The position numbers were made by a program, and so were the translations under genes. From Mobula hypostoma (lineage: Eukaryota), in contig NC_086097.1 of the NCBI RefSeq assembly GCF_963921235.1, positions 224,318,001 through 224,382,000 of the forward strand: 64,000 nt of DNA. The letters run 5' to 3'. The notes beneath the pieces were generated by a model. The model ran no database searches and was not told the origin of the DNA. It saw nothing but the letters and a program-made list of their open reading frames with translations. Shown in pieces: positions 49,342 through 60,939 of this stretch; position 1 is the stretch's first letter; each line of letters begins with the position of its first letter.

Positions 49342-49812
49342 GGCCTCTCAACCCATCTAGTCCATGCCGAACTGTTATACTGCCTAGTTCCATTAACCTG
49401 TACCTGGACAATAGTCTTCCATCCACCTCCCATCCATGTAATTATTCAAATTTCTCTTAAATGTTGAAATTAAACCTGCGTTCACCAATTCTCACCGGCA
49501 GCTCATTCCACATTCGCACCACCCTCTAAGTGAAGAAGTTCCCCTCATGTTTCCCTTAAACATTTCACTTTTCACCCATAACCCATGACCTCTAGTTGTA
49601 GTTTCACCCAACCTCAATGGAAAAATCATGGTTGCGTTTACCCAATCAAAGCCCCTCATAAATTTGTACACCTCTATCAAATCTACCCTTGTTCTCTTTA
49701 CACTCCAGGGAATAAATTTCTAACCTATTCAAACTTCCCTAATAATTCAGTCCTTCAAGTCCTGGCAACATTCTTGTAATTTTCTTTATTCCCTTTAAAT
49801 CTTGTTGATACC
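49342..49812 (-). mobile_element. CR1 3' end (tail at ~44178-44220)
   Basis: IEVYKFMRG..TRGHGL. Confidence 0.75.
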
Positions 49813-50862
49813 TATACTGATAGCTTTCAAATTTTTTAATTACTAGGTCCAGCTAGTACCCTTAAAATGAACCATAACATTTTGGCTTATTTTAATGACA
49901 TCTGCCTCCAATAAATTGCTTCAATCATTTTTCCTTTTGTCAGCGTGTTATAATTTGGCCCTTTTTGAGGTAATCGCACATGGAAAATACAGGCTGACAA
50001 CAACTGGCAAGTGTAACACTCTGCTGTCAGCAGTTAGTCAATATACGACATTAGTATCTATCAGAAATAAGTTTCAAAGTGTTACTTTTTTCTACACTGT
50101 TCCTTTAGACTGTGGCCCTTTTGGTTTTGGATGTGTTACAGCTTTGTGCCCTGCAATGACCTGGTAAACACACTTTATCAGGAGCTGTTACTTCTAAGGG
50201 AGTATTACGCAGAAAGTGGCTGAACCTTAGTAAATCATGTGTTTCTTATTCTCTTTTACTACAGCTGCTTTCAGTGCCACCCCAACTTCAACAAATGCTT
50301 CCACTTATGGTTTCTTTTTATTGCAGTCAACTTCTCAAAAATTTTGAGTATCCTTAACTATTTTGGTTTACCTCGGATACATCCATTTTAGTGCTTTTGA
50401 TAAGAGCCAGAATAAGATTTTCACACAGCGGGAGCTATTACAACCCACTGATAACCTAAACTTATGTACCAATAATAAGAATAAGTTTCACATAGACTGT
50501 TCATTGAAAGTGGTCATTTTGTTCATGTCCGGTACTTTGAAAGTGAACCCATAGCAGGGAAGCTGGCTAAACCTTGATGTCAGAGTTTATCAGTTACTTC
50601 TGAGAAGAGGAGTTCACCCAGAATAATAGTTAATGCCTAGCATTTGCTGATGTGAAATTTGTCAAACAGATGTTGTCAACAACTTTCAGTACAAAGTATA
50701 TCCATATTTATTCTACAGTGTGTACTGCTCTACACATTAATTTTACTTATTAAAATATTCAACATAACAAAATATATTACCATTGTTACACTTATGCTAC
50801 TTCTCAGGGAAGGCCTACTTGTAAACTATAGATTCAGCCAAAGTGAGGGAACATATTAGACA

Positions 50863-51078
50863 ACACACATCAAAGTTGCTGGTGAATGCAGCAGGCCAGG
50901 CAGCATCCCTAGGAAGAGGTACAGTCGACGTTTCGGGCCGAGACCCTTCGTCAGGACTAACTGAAAGAAGAGCTAGTAAGAGATTTGAAAGTGGGAGGGG
51001 GAGGGGAGATCCAAAATGATAGGAGAAGACAGGAGGGGGAGGGATGGAGCCAAGAGCTGGTCCAAAATGATAGGAGAA
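50863..51078 (-). mobile_element. Penelope-like terminal fragment
   Basis: 14-bp TSD GAACATATTAGACA (50849-50862, 51079-51092). Confidence 0.85.
50922..50959 (-). ncRNA. Putative minimal hammerhead ribozyme
   Basis: Minus strand TAGTC-CTGACGA-A-GGGTCTCGGCCC-GAAAC-GTC-GACTG: stem I, conserved core, stem II, palindromic ACGT stem III, GUC cleavage triplet. Confidence 0.7.
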
Positions 51079-51274
51079 GAACATATTAGACAGTATGCTT
51101 TCAGTTGTAATCTGTCATCTGTCCCTGTCTATTATCAGCGTAATCCTGAATTTCTGCCAAAACACTGCAATTAGGTTGTTTGTTCTATTTTACCATAGCA
51201 AAGAGTTTATTAGTTATGTCCTAATGCTTTAACTGTGAGGTCATCTAAGTGTCAAAAACTGGATTACTGTTAAT

Positions 51275-51895
51275 GAATAAATTCACAGCAGATAAATCCC
51301 CAGGTCCTGACAAAATGTTCCCTTGGAACTTGTGGGAGGCAGGTGCAGAAACTGTAGGAGACCTAGCAGAGATAGTCTCATTCTTAGCCAGGGGTGAGGT
51401 GCTGGGCGATTGGAGGATAGCTAATATTCTTCCGTTGTTTAAGTCTTTATGAATAAGCCAGGAAATTATAGGCTGGTGAGCCTGACATCAGTAGTGGGAA
51501 AGTTATTGGAAGGTATTCTAAGGGACCAGATATATAAGTATTTTGGTAGACAAGGATAGTCAACATGACTATGTGTGTGCTAGGTCATGTCTAACCAATT
51601 TTATAGTTTTTTTGAGGAAGTTACCAGGAAAATTGATGAAGGCAAGGCAGTGGATGTTGTCAACATGGACTTTAGAAAGGCCATTGTCAAGGTCCCACAT
51701 AGGAGGCTGGTCTAGAAGGTTCAGTCGTTTGGTGTTCAAGATAAGGTAGTAAATTGGATTAGACAACAGCTTGGTACTTGGATAGAAGGGGTATGGAGGG
51801 CTATAATCTAGGGCAGATCAATGGGACTAGGAGTATTAATGATACAGCATGAACTCGAAGGGCTGAATGGCATGTTTCTGTGCTGTAGACTCTTT
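51275..51895 (+). mobile_element. CR1 fragment with internal deletion
   Basis: DKSPGPD..DWRIAN..PGNYR; SCLTN; 3' tail. Confidence 0.75.
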
Positions 51896-51899
51896 ACTT

Positions 51900-52515
51900 T
51901 GACCCCATTGCAGTAGACCAGTTTAGAAGAGGTGGAGGCAAACATCTGCTTCATATGGAAGGGCTATTTAGATCCCTGAACGGTGTGAAGGATGGATGTT
52001 GGACAATGTAATAGACCTCCTGGTTGCAGTGGAATGTTCTGGGGATGGAGTGGCGATGGCATGTGAGAGCACGAGAGAGTCTGAAAGAGAGTGATCCTTG
52101 GAGGAAGAAGAAAGGAGGGTTGAGGGGTTGAGGGGAAAATGTGATGGGTTGAGGGATCACTTTTGAGCTGGCAGAAATGGGGGAGGCTGATGTGTTTGGC
52201 GCAGAGGTTGGTGAGATGGTACATGAACAGCTAGAAACTTCTATTCCTTTCTGGTGAGGTTAGAGGGGAGGGAATGGTGAGAGCAGTCAGATGAGAAATG
52301 GAGGATATGCATGCGAGAGCTCCATTGTCTATGGCAGAGGGGAAGTTACATTTTGGGAAGAAGGAGGACACTCCACAAGTCCTCTAGAGGAGAAGTCTTC
52401 ATCTTGAGAACAGATGCGGAGGGGATGGAGAAACTGAGAAAAAGTAATGGGATCCTCACAGGAGTTCGGGTGGGAGGAGGTATAGTTGAGTTGACTGTGA
52501 AGTTGGTGGATTAGA
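51900..52515 (-). mobile_element. Decayed Penelope-like ORF fragment (RT C-terminus toward GIY-YIG linker)
   Basis: QLNYTSSHPNSCEDPITFSQFL..LRICSQDEDF matches the Penelope YTSSHP..IPFSQFLRLRRICS pattern. Confidence 0.65.
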
Positions 52516-52699
52516 GAAAGTGGCTTTATTCTAGGTCGTGTTTGTTTCTTTAATGTCAGAACAGCATCAACTGAGCAAGGGAACAATATTCCATCCCAAA
52601 CCCGACTCATAATTTGTGGATATAGGGAGTCAAATGGTGACTGAAGTACCAGAGGCTCCCTGGAATTTTACTTGAATCCTATATTATTATTGAAAAAAA

Positions 52700-52935
52700 T
52701 TACTTACAGATACAGCATGGTATCTCTGTTTAGAGATGTGCCCAATTATACCCATGAGACGAATTAAGCAACTAACCTGTATGTCTTTGAATTGTGGGAG
52801 GAAACCAGAACACCCGGAGGAAACCCACATGGCCATGGAAAGAACATACAAGCTCCTTACACACAGCGGTGATATTGAACCTGGATCACTGGTGCTGTAA
52901 TCGTGTCACAGTGACCACTACGCCACCGTATCGCC
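52700..52935 (-). mobile_element. V-SINE (HE1-like)
   Basis: GGTTTCCTCCGGGTGTTCTGGTTTCCTCCCACA core; second older copy at ~53140-53475. Confidence 0.7.
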
Positions 52936-53804
52936 CATACATATGAACATGATAATGCTGGGGGGTGGACCTTTAATGACCACAGGGCCATTAAACGTTC
53001 ATCACTCTCTTTTGGGAAATGGGCACTGCCTGATATTTATGTAATACAAGTGCTACTTGCCAATTTTCTGGCCATGCTTGAACATTCTTTCAGGTCTTGC
53101 TGTAGACAGTTGCGGACTAAACCATTATCAGAGGAGCTCTAGTGTCATGGAGTACTCCGGCATGGAAGCAAGCCTTTGGCCTATCAGCTCCATGCTGACC
53201 ATCAAGGACCCATTTTAGTATTAATTTTACCCTAATCAATCTTATTCTTTCCGCATTTCCATTATCCCTCCACAGATTCTACCACTGGAGACAATCTGCA
53301 TGGACAATTAACCCACACTTTTTTGGAACATGGAAGGGAAATGAAGCACCTGGACTGACTCATTCAGTCACTGGAAGAATGTGCAAACTCTACATAGACA
53401 GCACCCAAGGTCGGGATTGAACCTGGATTGCTGGGGTTGTGAGACAGCATCTGTATTAGCTATTCCACTGGGCTGCGTATTGTGATAAATCTGAACATCA
53501 TGCAGTCATTGCTCTTCAAGCAAGATGATCGTCTTTGATACACTTAACCTTGGCTATTGTAATGAAACAATAGAATGGAATACTTCGATGGGCCGTTTCA
53601 GCAGCCGGTCAGAATCAGCTACGTTACAGGCCAGACGGGATGATACAGGAATCAGAATCAGAATCAAGTTTATTATCGCTGCCTAATATGTCAGGAAACC
53701 TGTTGCTTTCAAGCAGCAGTACAGTGCAAAAATATAAAATTACTAGAAATTACAAAATTGGTACCATAGTTGATACTGCCGTGTTACTCTAGGTTTAGTT
53801 AAAA

Positions 53805-54638
53805 ACCTTCAGTTGTAGATATGGGCAGAGAAATAGCAGATGGAGTTTAGCCCAGAAAATTGTGAGGTGTTCCACCATGGTAGGGCAATGCAAGGAGGCA
53901 GCACACTGTCAAGGGCAAAATCCGTAACAGAGTTGCTGAGCAGAGAGATCTTGGGATCTAAGTTCACAGCTCCTTGAAAGTGGCTACACAGGTTGATAAG
54001 GTGGTTAAGAAAGCTTATGGAATCCTTGCTTTTATTAGTCGCGGTATTGATTTCGAAAGGCAAGAGTTATGTTGCAACTTTATAAGATTCTGGTTAGGAC
54101 ACATCCAGAGTACTACTTACAGTTCTGGTTGCCCAAGGCTTTGGAGAGGGTGCAGAGGAGGTTTACCAGGATGCTACCTGGTTTAGTGGGAATGAGCTGT
54201 CATCAGAGGATGGATAAACTTGGGTTGTTTTCTCTGGAGCACTGAAGGCGAGGGGAGATGGGATAGAGGTTTACAAGATTATAAGAGGCAAAGAGAGAGT
54301 GGACAGGGAGTATCTGTTTCCCAGGGTTGAAATGTCTAATAAAAAGGGCATGCTTTGAAAGTGAGAGGGGGTAGGTTCAAGGGGGATGTGAGGGGTGAGT
54401 ATTTTACTCAGAGAGTCGAGGATGTCTGGAATGCACTGCCTGGTATGGTAGTGGAGGCAAATACATTAGAGGCTTTTAATAGACATTTGGATAGACAGAT
54501 GGAGGGATATGGACATGGTGTAGATAGAAAGGATTAGAGTTTGGGTGTCTTTAATTTGCTTTTTAGCTGGTTCGGCACAATGTTGTGGGCTGAATGGCCT
54601 GTTCCTGTGTGGTACTGCTCTCGTTCTATTTCTGTTTC
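53805..54638 (+). mobile_element. CR1 3' part
   Basis: QVDKVVKKAYGILAFISRG; FTQRV..WNALP. Confidence 0.8.
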
Positions 54639-55391
54639 TTACCCCAGTCGCCATGGATGGAATTTGAATTCACGTTTCCGTGCCGTTAATCCAAACTTCG
54701 GGATCAGTTTTTCTTTTACATTCATCAAGGTATCAGAGTTGCGGCAAGGCATGATACAAATTGCAGAGATTTTATCACCAACAGTGTGCACATGTAAGTA
54801 TTATATTATAGTGGGAGGGCTGGGAGGGTGGGGTGTGTTGAGCTTTACTACACTGGGGCCTTAACTTGGGTATCATAAACTGGTTACTTTATGTGTTTAG
54901 CTGTTTCGGGTTCAGGGCTGGTGAATGTTGGAATGAATGAAACTTCTTTTTTAGTTCATTGAAGGAATAACAGACCCAATATATATTCCAAGAAACTTTG
55001 TTTTATTTAGTGAACGAGTGATCATGGTGTTCCATTGCATGTGGTGTGAGTGGTCATTGTGGTTTATAACAGTTCTTTAAAATCTCCCTTGTGATTCATG
55101 AGCATCTGTGTATTGCTTTCTCGTGCCTAAATATCCCTCTGTTTGAAAGACTAATGCTGTGGGCTAGTGAAGGAGCTCTCTGGTGAGCTGCCTGGTGTTT
55201 TGATGACCTTTGATCTGACTGGGTAGACTAAAGGGAATTTATATTGCCACATCTGCACCGCAGCACTGTAAAACATGACTCTAGGGATGACTAGAATAAT
55301 TATGTGGTTGGATATGTTTCTGATACTGGGATGACCAGAGCAATTACCTTCATGGCCTGCCAATAACTCCATTCCCCCCTCGAGAGACTAT

Positions 55392-55715
55392 ACTTACTTA
55401 CTGCTTGTTACTCCACTGGCTCTTAGGTCAACAATGAAGGTCCTCCATCTCTTGTGGTGTTCAGGGCTTTCTTCATTGTGTCAGTAGATTCTCAGGTTTC
55501 ACTACTGTCAGTCATGGAAGTCTCGGTTGGAGACTCAGGAATATCATCACACTCAGGTGTAGAAGGATTCCCCATTGCTGTTTCTGTAACAATTTTGTTT
55601 TACCAGTTAGGGTTGTTAGCCCTGAGCAAAACCCCCGAACCTGGAGGACCGGTGGACCACTCTTAGTCTGTCCGGGTCATTGAGGCACGCAAGCCTCCAA
55701 ATCCAGTGACAAGAA
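55392..55715 (-). mobile_element. Short RTE-related non-autonomous element
   Basis: Minus 5' GGAGGCTTGCGTGCCTCAATGACCCG and 3' (AGTA)n-like tail resemble RTE ends; family assignment by recall only. Confidence 0.45.
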
Positions 55716-56929
55716 CTTGGAGGTCTAGAGACTAATTGAAGCTACAAGTTTGATCCCACATTTGACCTCATAATGGGTTTCAGATTACTTACCTATACCT
55801 ATATCGCCAAAAACACCATTTCCTCCTCTCTCATAATGCCTTTCTCTCTCCAACTTAAGTTAGCCTGCTGCTGGAATTCTCAGTTATGCTATTGCTACCT
55901 CTGGAAAACTAGTCAAACAAACTCCTGGAATGCCTGTCTCCTTCTCCTATCCATAAACCTGACATCATCTATAGCTTTGCTGCCTGTTTCTTAACTCACA
56001 ATATCAGTGCATTTGCTGAAAGGTTATATGTTCCTCGTTAGACTAACCTTACAGTCAAAAAGGTTCCTCCAGGGCCTCACCTCTGCCCACATCTCTAATC
56101 TCCCAAAGGCCTTTGATGCATTCGTTCTCCTCCACTTCTGACTTATTGTGCATTCCTAATATTAATCTCACTGTCATTGGTGCACAAGACCTTCAACTCT
56201 GGAAATCCCTCCAGAATCCCCCCCCACCCCGCACTTTCTGTGGATATCAATGCTGAACAAACACTGCACTCTGTTAATTACAGTACTTTAAGCATTCCAC
56301 ACTCTCTGTTCTACTCGTACACTACATTCCCTGTTCATGTACATAAACTTGCATCAAAACACAATGACGCAAGTTTAGTGCCATCATTTCCACCAAAACT
56401 AAAGTGCTGGCCCTTTTAAATCCATTAGATCTTAATTTACAATGAATTTGTACTGCTTTCTTTCCTTGTAAAAACTAGTTTAGATGAAAGAAGATTCCTA
56501 GTTGGAAGTTACTTTACCTGAGTGAAATACAGATTAACTGAAATAATAATAAATAACTGGATGCAATTTTGTTTGGATTTTTTACTGTTAATGAGTATAT
56601 GACATTGTGACCGGGAGAACACCCAGCAATCTTACTGAGGGATCAGCAGTGGATAGGCTGAGCAGCTTCAAGTTCCAGGGCATCAACATCTCAGAGAATC
56701 TATCCTGTGCCCACCATATTGATACAATCATGAGCGCTAGCAATGATATTTCATTAGGGATTTGAGGAGGTTTGAGATCTCACAAATTACTCTAGTAAAT
56801 TTCTACTGAAGTACTGTGGAGAGATGGGTCTGTTATGAGTGAGATGCTTCAGAGAGTGTAGACTCAGCCAACTCCATTGCGGAAACAAGCCTTCCCATCC
56901 ACAAAGACCTCCTCCAAAGGCAGTGCCTG

Positions 56930-57225
56930 GAGAAACCAAAGGTTTAAAGAGCTGCAACAGTATCTTGCAGCCCTTGAACTCAATTCCACGACTAATGAGG
57001 GCCAACACACTATACACCTTTGTAACCACCCAATCAACTTAGGTGGTAACATTGAGGGATCTATGGACATGTGCCCCAAGATCCCCCGGTTCCTCTGCAC
57101 TGCTAAGAATCTTGCCATTAATGCCGTATTCCGCCTTCAAATTCAGTCTTCCAAAGTGAATCACTTCACACTTTTCCGGTTGAACTCCATCTGCCACTTC
57201 TCAGCCCAGCTCTGCATCCTGTCAA
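56930..57225 (-). mobile_element. CR1 RT fragment
   Basis: WAEKWQMEFN-like and AL.SRGIEFK segments. Confidence 0.7.
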
Positions 57226-57263
57226 CGTCAAATTTCAAAGTAAATTTTAATATCAAAGTACAT

Positions 57264-57890
57264 ATTAGATTAGATTATGAGGACAGGCAGTCCTCTTTTA
57301 TCGTCATTTCTTAATGCATGCATTCGGAAATGATACAATATTCCTCTGGTGTGATATCACAAAAACACAGGACAGACCAAGACTGAAAAACTAACAAAAC
57401 CACATAATTTTAACATATAGTTACGACAGTGCAACAATACCATAACTTGATGAAGAACAGGCCATGGCACAGTAAAAAAGTTCAAAGTTTCTCGAAAGTC
57501 GCACATCTCACACAGACGGGAGAAGGAAGAAAACTCTCTCTGCCATGCCCGACCACAGTCCGTCTCTGAGTCGTCCGAAAACTTTGAGCTCTGATCAGCC
57601 CTCCAACACCGAGTACCGAGCACCATCTCTATCCGAACATTTCGACCTCAGCCTCAGTCGCCAGCAACAAGCAAAGCCGGGGATTTTGGGGCCTACCCTT
57701 CGGAGATTCTCGATCGCACAGTAACAACAGCAGCGAACCAGGCATTCTAGAAATTTCTCCAGATGTTCCTCTGCTTCTCACGTCTGTCTTCATCAAATCA
57801 GAATTGTCCACAGCCCCTATTTAACAGATACAATATCATTTCACCGGAGATCTGCGCTCACTGCGTTGCGCTGCCATCTTCTCCTCCCGC
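57264..57890 (-). mobile_element. Near-full copy of the 33903-34580 retroposon
   Basis: AAGATGGC start and (TAATC)n tail on the minus strand. Confidence 0.75.
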
Positions 57891-58742
57891 CTTATATATG
57901 TCACCATATCCAAGCCTGAGATTCATTTCCTTGTGGGCATACACAATAAATGTAACTATAACAGAATTAATGAAAAAATGCCCGACCAGTGTGGTCAACC
58001 AGAGTGCAGAAGACAACAAACTGTGCAAATGCAAAAAGAAGAAACAATAATATAAATAAATAAACAATAAATATCAAGAATTTGAGATGAAAGGTTCTTG
58101 AAAGTGAGTTCACTGGCTGTGCAGTCCCGCTGCAATTTACTACAATCTTCCACACTATCCACAACTCCATCAACCTGATCATTCTACTCTACCCTTAGTC
58201 ACTAACTGAGTCACCAGAAATGGTTGTGGTGTTCACAGCATTTCAAATATCATTAAAAGCGAAGAATGATGCAAAAGGGAAAATGACCAAAAATGATCCA
58301 TTTTTTAAAGACCCATTTAGTTTGGTTTAAATCTCAGTTTTAAAACTATTTCTTAAATGTGAATCCACTTATCATTTTGCTTCAAATGTTTGTCTGGTGT
58401 TGTATGCTTTATATAGTGAATCTAAGGCGATGAATTAACAATATAGGATTAGATCTATTCATTTACAGATTAATCTCATGTATATTGAAATGTACAGTAC
58501 AGTGAAATGTGTCATTTGTATTACCAACCAACACAATCTGAGGATGTGCTGGAGGGCAGCCCACAAGAGTGGCCACATATTCCAATGACAGCTTACCCTC
58601 AATGTTCAGTAGAACATCACACACCTAATGTACAAGTACCTTTCGAAGAAAGGAGGAGCTTCTATTTATATATCTAAATAAAATGAAATGTAGTAATTGT
58701 TGTTCCATGCTTAGTGGTCTGGCTGCTCATCTGATAACAAGT

Positions 58743-59073
58743 CATTTATATATATATGTGTGTATCCGTTAGGCATCCGTTAGTCTCACGAGATCATGGG
58801 ATTGCGCCTTGGAAGGTTTCCAGGTCGCAGGCCTGGACAAGGTTGTATGGAAGACTGGCAGTTGCCCATGTTGCAAGTCTCCCCTCTCCATGCCACCGAT
58901 GTTGTCCAAGGGAAGGGCAAGGGGCGATACAGCTTGGCACCGGTGTCGTCGCAGAGCAATGTGTGGTTAGGTGCCTTGCTCAAGGACACAACACGCTGCC
59001 TCAGCTGAGACTCGAACTAGCGTCCTTCAGATCACTAGACCAACGCCTTAACCACTTGGCCACGCGCGCCAAC
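58743..59073 (-). mobile_element. tRNA-derived SINE, full length
   Basis: 10-bp TSD GATAACAAGT (58733-58742, 59074-59083); box A and box B. Confidence 0.85.
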
Positions 59074-60619
59074 GATAACAAGTGCCTGTTGTTAGACCTG
59101 CTCAGTTGAAAAAGATGGAATGATTCTTGGGTAGGCTACAGAATGGAAAGCAATTTCCAAGGTTATTAGCTGATCTGGCAAGGCCTAAATCTGCACTGTA
59201 GCTAAGCACTAAAGGGAACTTGTTCACAATAGTCAGTCATTGAGATATAACCAAAATTGAAAATCAAAATCTGATGATGCTGGAAATCTGAAATAAAAAC
59301 AGAAAATAATGAGAAAGCTCAGCATTTTAGGCAGAATCTCTGAAAAAGAAGAACAGAGTTAATGTTTCAGATTAAATTGGAGTCATAGTGATGCATATTT
59401 TTCATCTGTTGTCTGCAAGCTGGTCACCTTACTTTGAGGTTGTAAAAAAATTTCCATTGTTTAACTGGGGTCAGATTTGAAAATGAAAGATAGGAGAGAA
59501 ATGCCAGTTTTGCATTGGCACCAAACCAAAGACTCTGACTCAGAGGCTGTGAATTTAAATGCTGTTATTTTGAGTTTATTTTGTGTTACCAAGCCAAGGT
59601 TACACTAGAAGACAGTTTAATTACTGCTTAAACGTATGACTCCTAACAGATGTATTCTAGTGCAAATCTGGCAAAGGTTGCCTCTTTCAAGATTGTAACT
59701 TTGCTGTGACAAAACAACTACCTCAGTGTTCAATTCTTTTTCCCCTTCTGATCTTACGCATTTTAAGGGATAAAGTTCTCACATGATTGACTTTGTTTTG
59801 TAGATTACACAGGTGGAATAACATCTGTGATATTTGTTTTGTTGCAGCTAGACACTGCTCTAGCTGAAAAATAGCTGAGTACATTTCTGAAAGTGAGCCC
59901 CTGAGGATAAAGGGGATGTCACACAATCACTAATGTGGGCAAGAACAATTCATCTGAACGAGCATAGCAAATGCAATCGTTCTACCACAGCAGGGGTATC
60001 AGCAGGGAGTGCTCCTTCAATGCTTCAGACAAAGACCTTCTGTGTAATTGGTTCATCTGTTGACCAGCAATTATTGGGAAAGTCAAAGGATTATTTTTGT
60101 TTAGTTTAATTACACAGAACTTCACTGAGTCAAATGAATAGTAATCTCAAAAAATGAAATATAACTCCTTTTGGAATACCTGACTTAATGTGGTGGTGTC
60201 ATAAATGGTGTCTCATGTGGTCACTGTGAAGTTTGTTTATTAGTGCAGTTTACTGTGACTAAAGCACCTTCATATCTCAACTGTTTCTGTTTCATGCCAT
60301 CAAATGGTCTGACATCTGTGTTGTGGCAAGTGGTAGTGATGGAATTGCAGTGTCTTTAGTTCATCAATTGCTGTGTGCAAGGGCATTCAAATCCTTTTAA
60401 GTACTGTACACCATATTGTGTTACCAGAGAGATGGTGAAAGCTGAGAATGAGCCTTTACTTTTGAATTCCTGTTGAAGAAGTTTCAAGGTTTGAATTGAA
60501 TTGAATTAATTGACTTTATTACTTACATCCTTCATATACATGAGGGGTAAACATTTTTACGTTAAGCCTCTGTCTAAATGTGCAATGTGCAGTTTATAGT
60601 AATTTATAATAAATAGTAC

Positions 60620-60938
60620 GAAACATAGAAACATAGAAAACCTACAGCACAATACAGGCCCTTCAGCCCACAAAACTGTGCCGAACATGTCCTTACCTTA
60701 GAAACTAATTAGGCTTACCCATAGCCATCTATTTTTCTAAGCTCCATGTACCTATCCAGGAGTCTCTTTAAAGACCCTATCGTATCTGCCTCCACAACTA
60801 CTGCCGACAGCCCATTCCACGCACTCACCACTCTCTGTGTAAAAAATTACCCCTGACATCTCCTCTGTACCTACTTCCAAGCACCTTAAAACTGTGCCTT
60901 CTCGTTTTAGCCATTTCAGCCCTGGGAAAAAGCCTCTG
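60620..60938 (-). mobile_element. CR1 3' end
   Basis: Same subfamily as 3075-3462; (TTTCTATG)n tail. Confidence 0.8.
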
Positions 60939-60939
60939 C

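Noticed and set aside
50110..50165. Possible plus-strand micro-exon (DCGPFGFGCVTALCPAMT)
   Set aside because: Weak donor, no partner exons and no recognisable homology
59723..59926. 67-aa minus-strand ORF in unique-looking sequence
   Set aside because: No recognisable domain, non-ATG start and no convincing splice-site pair
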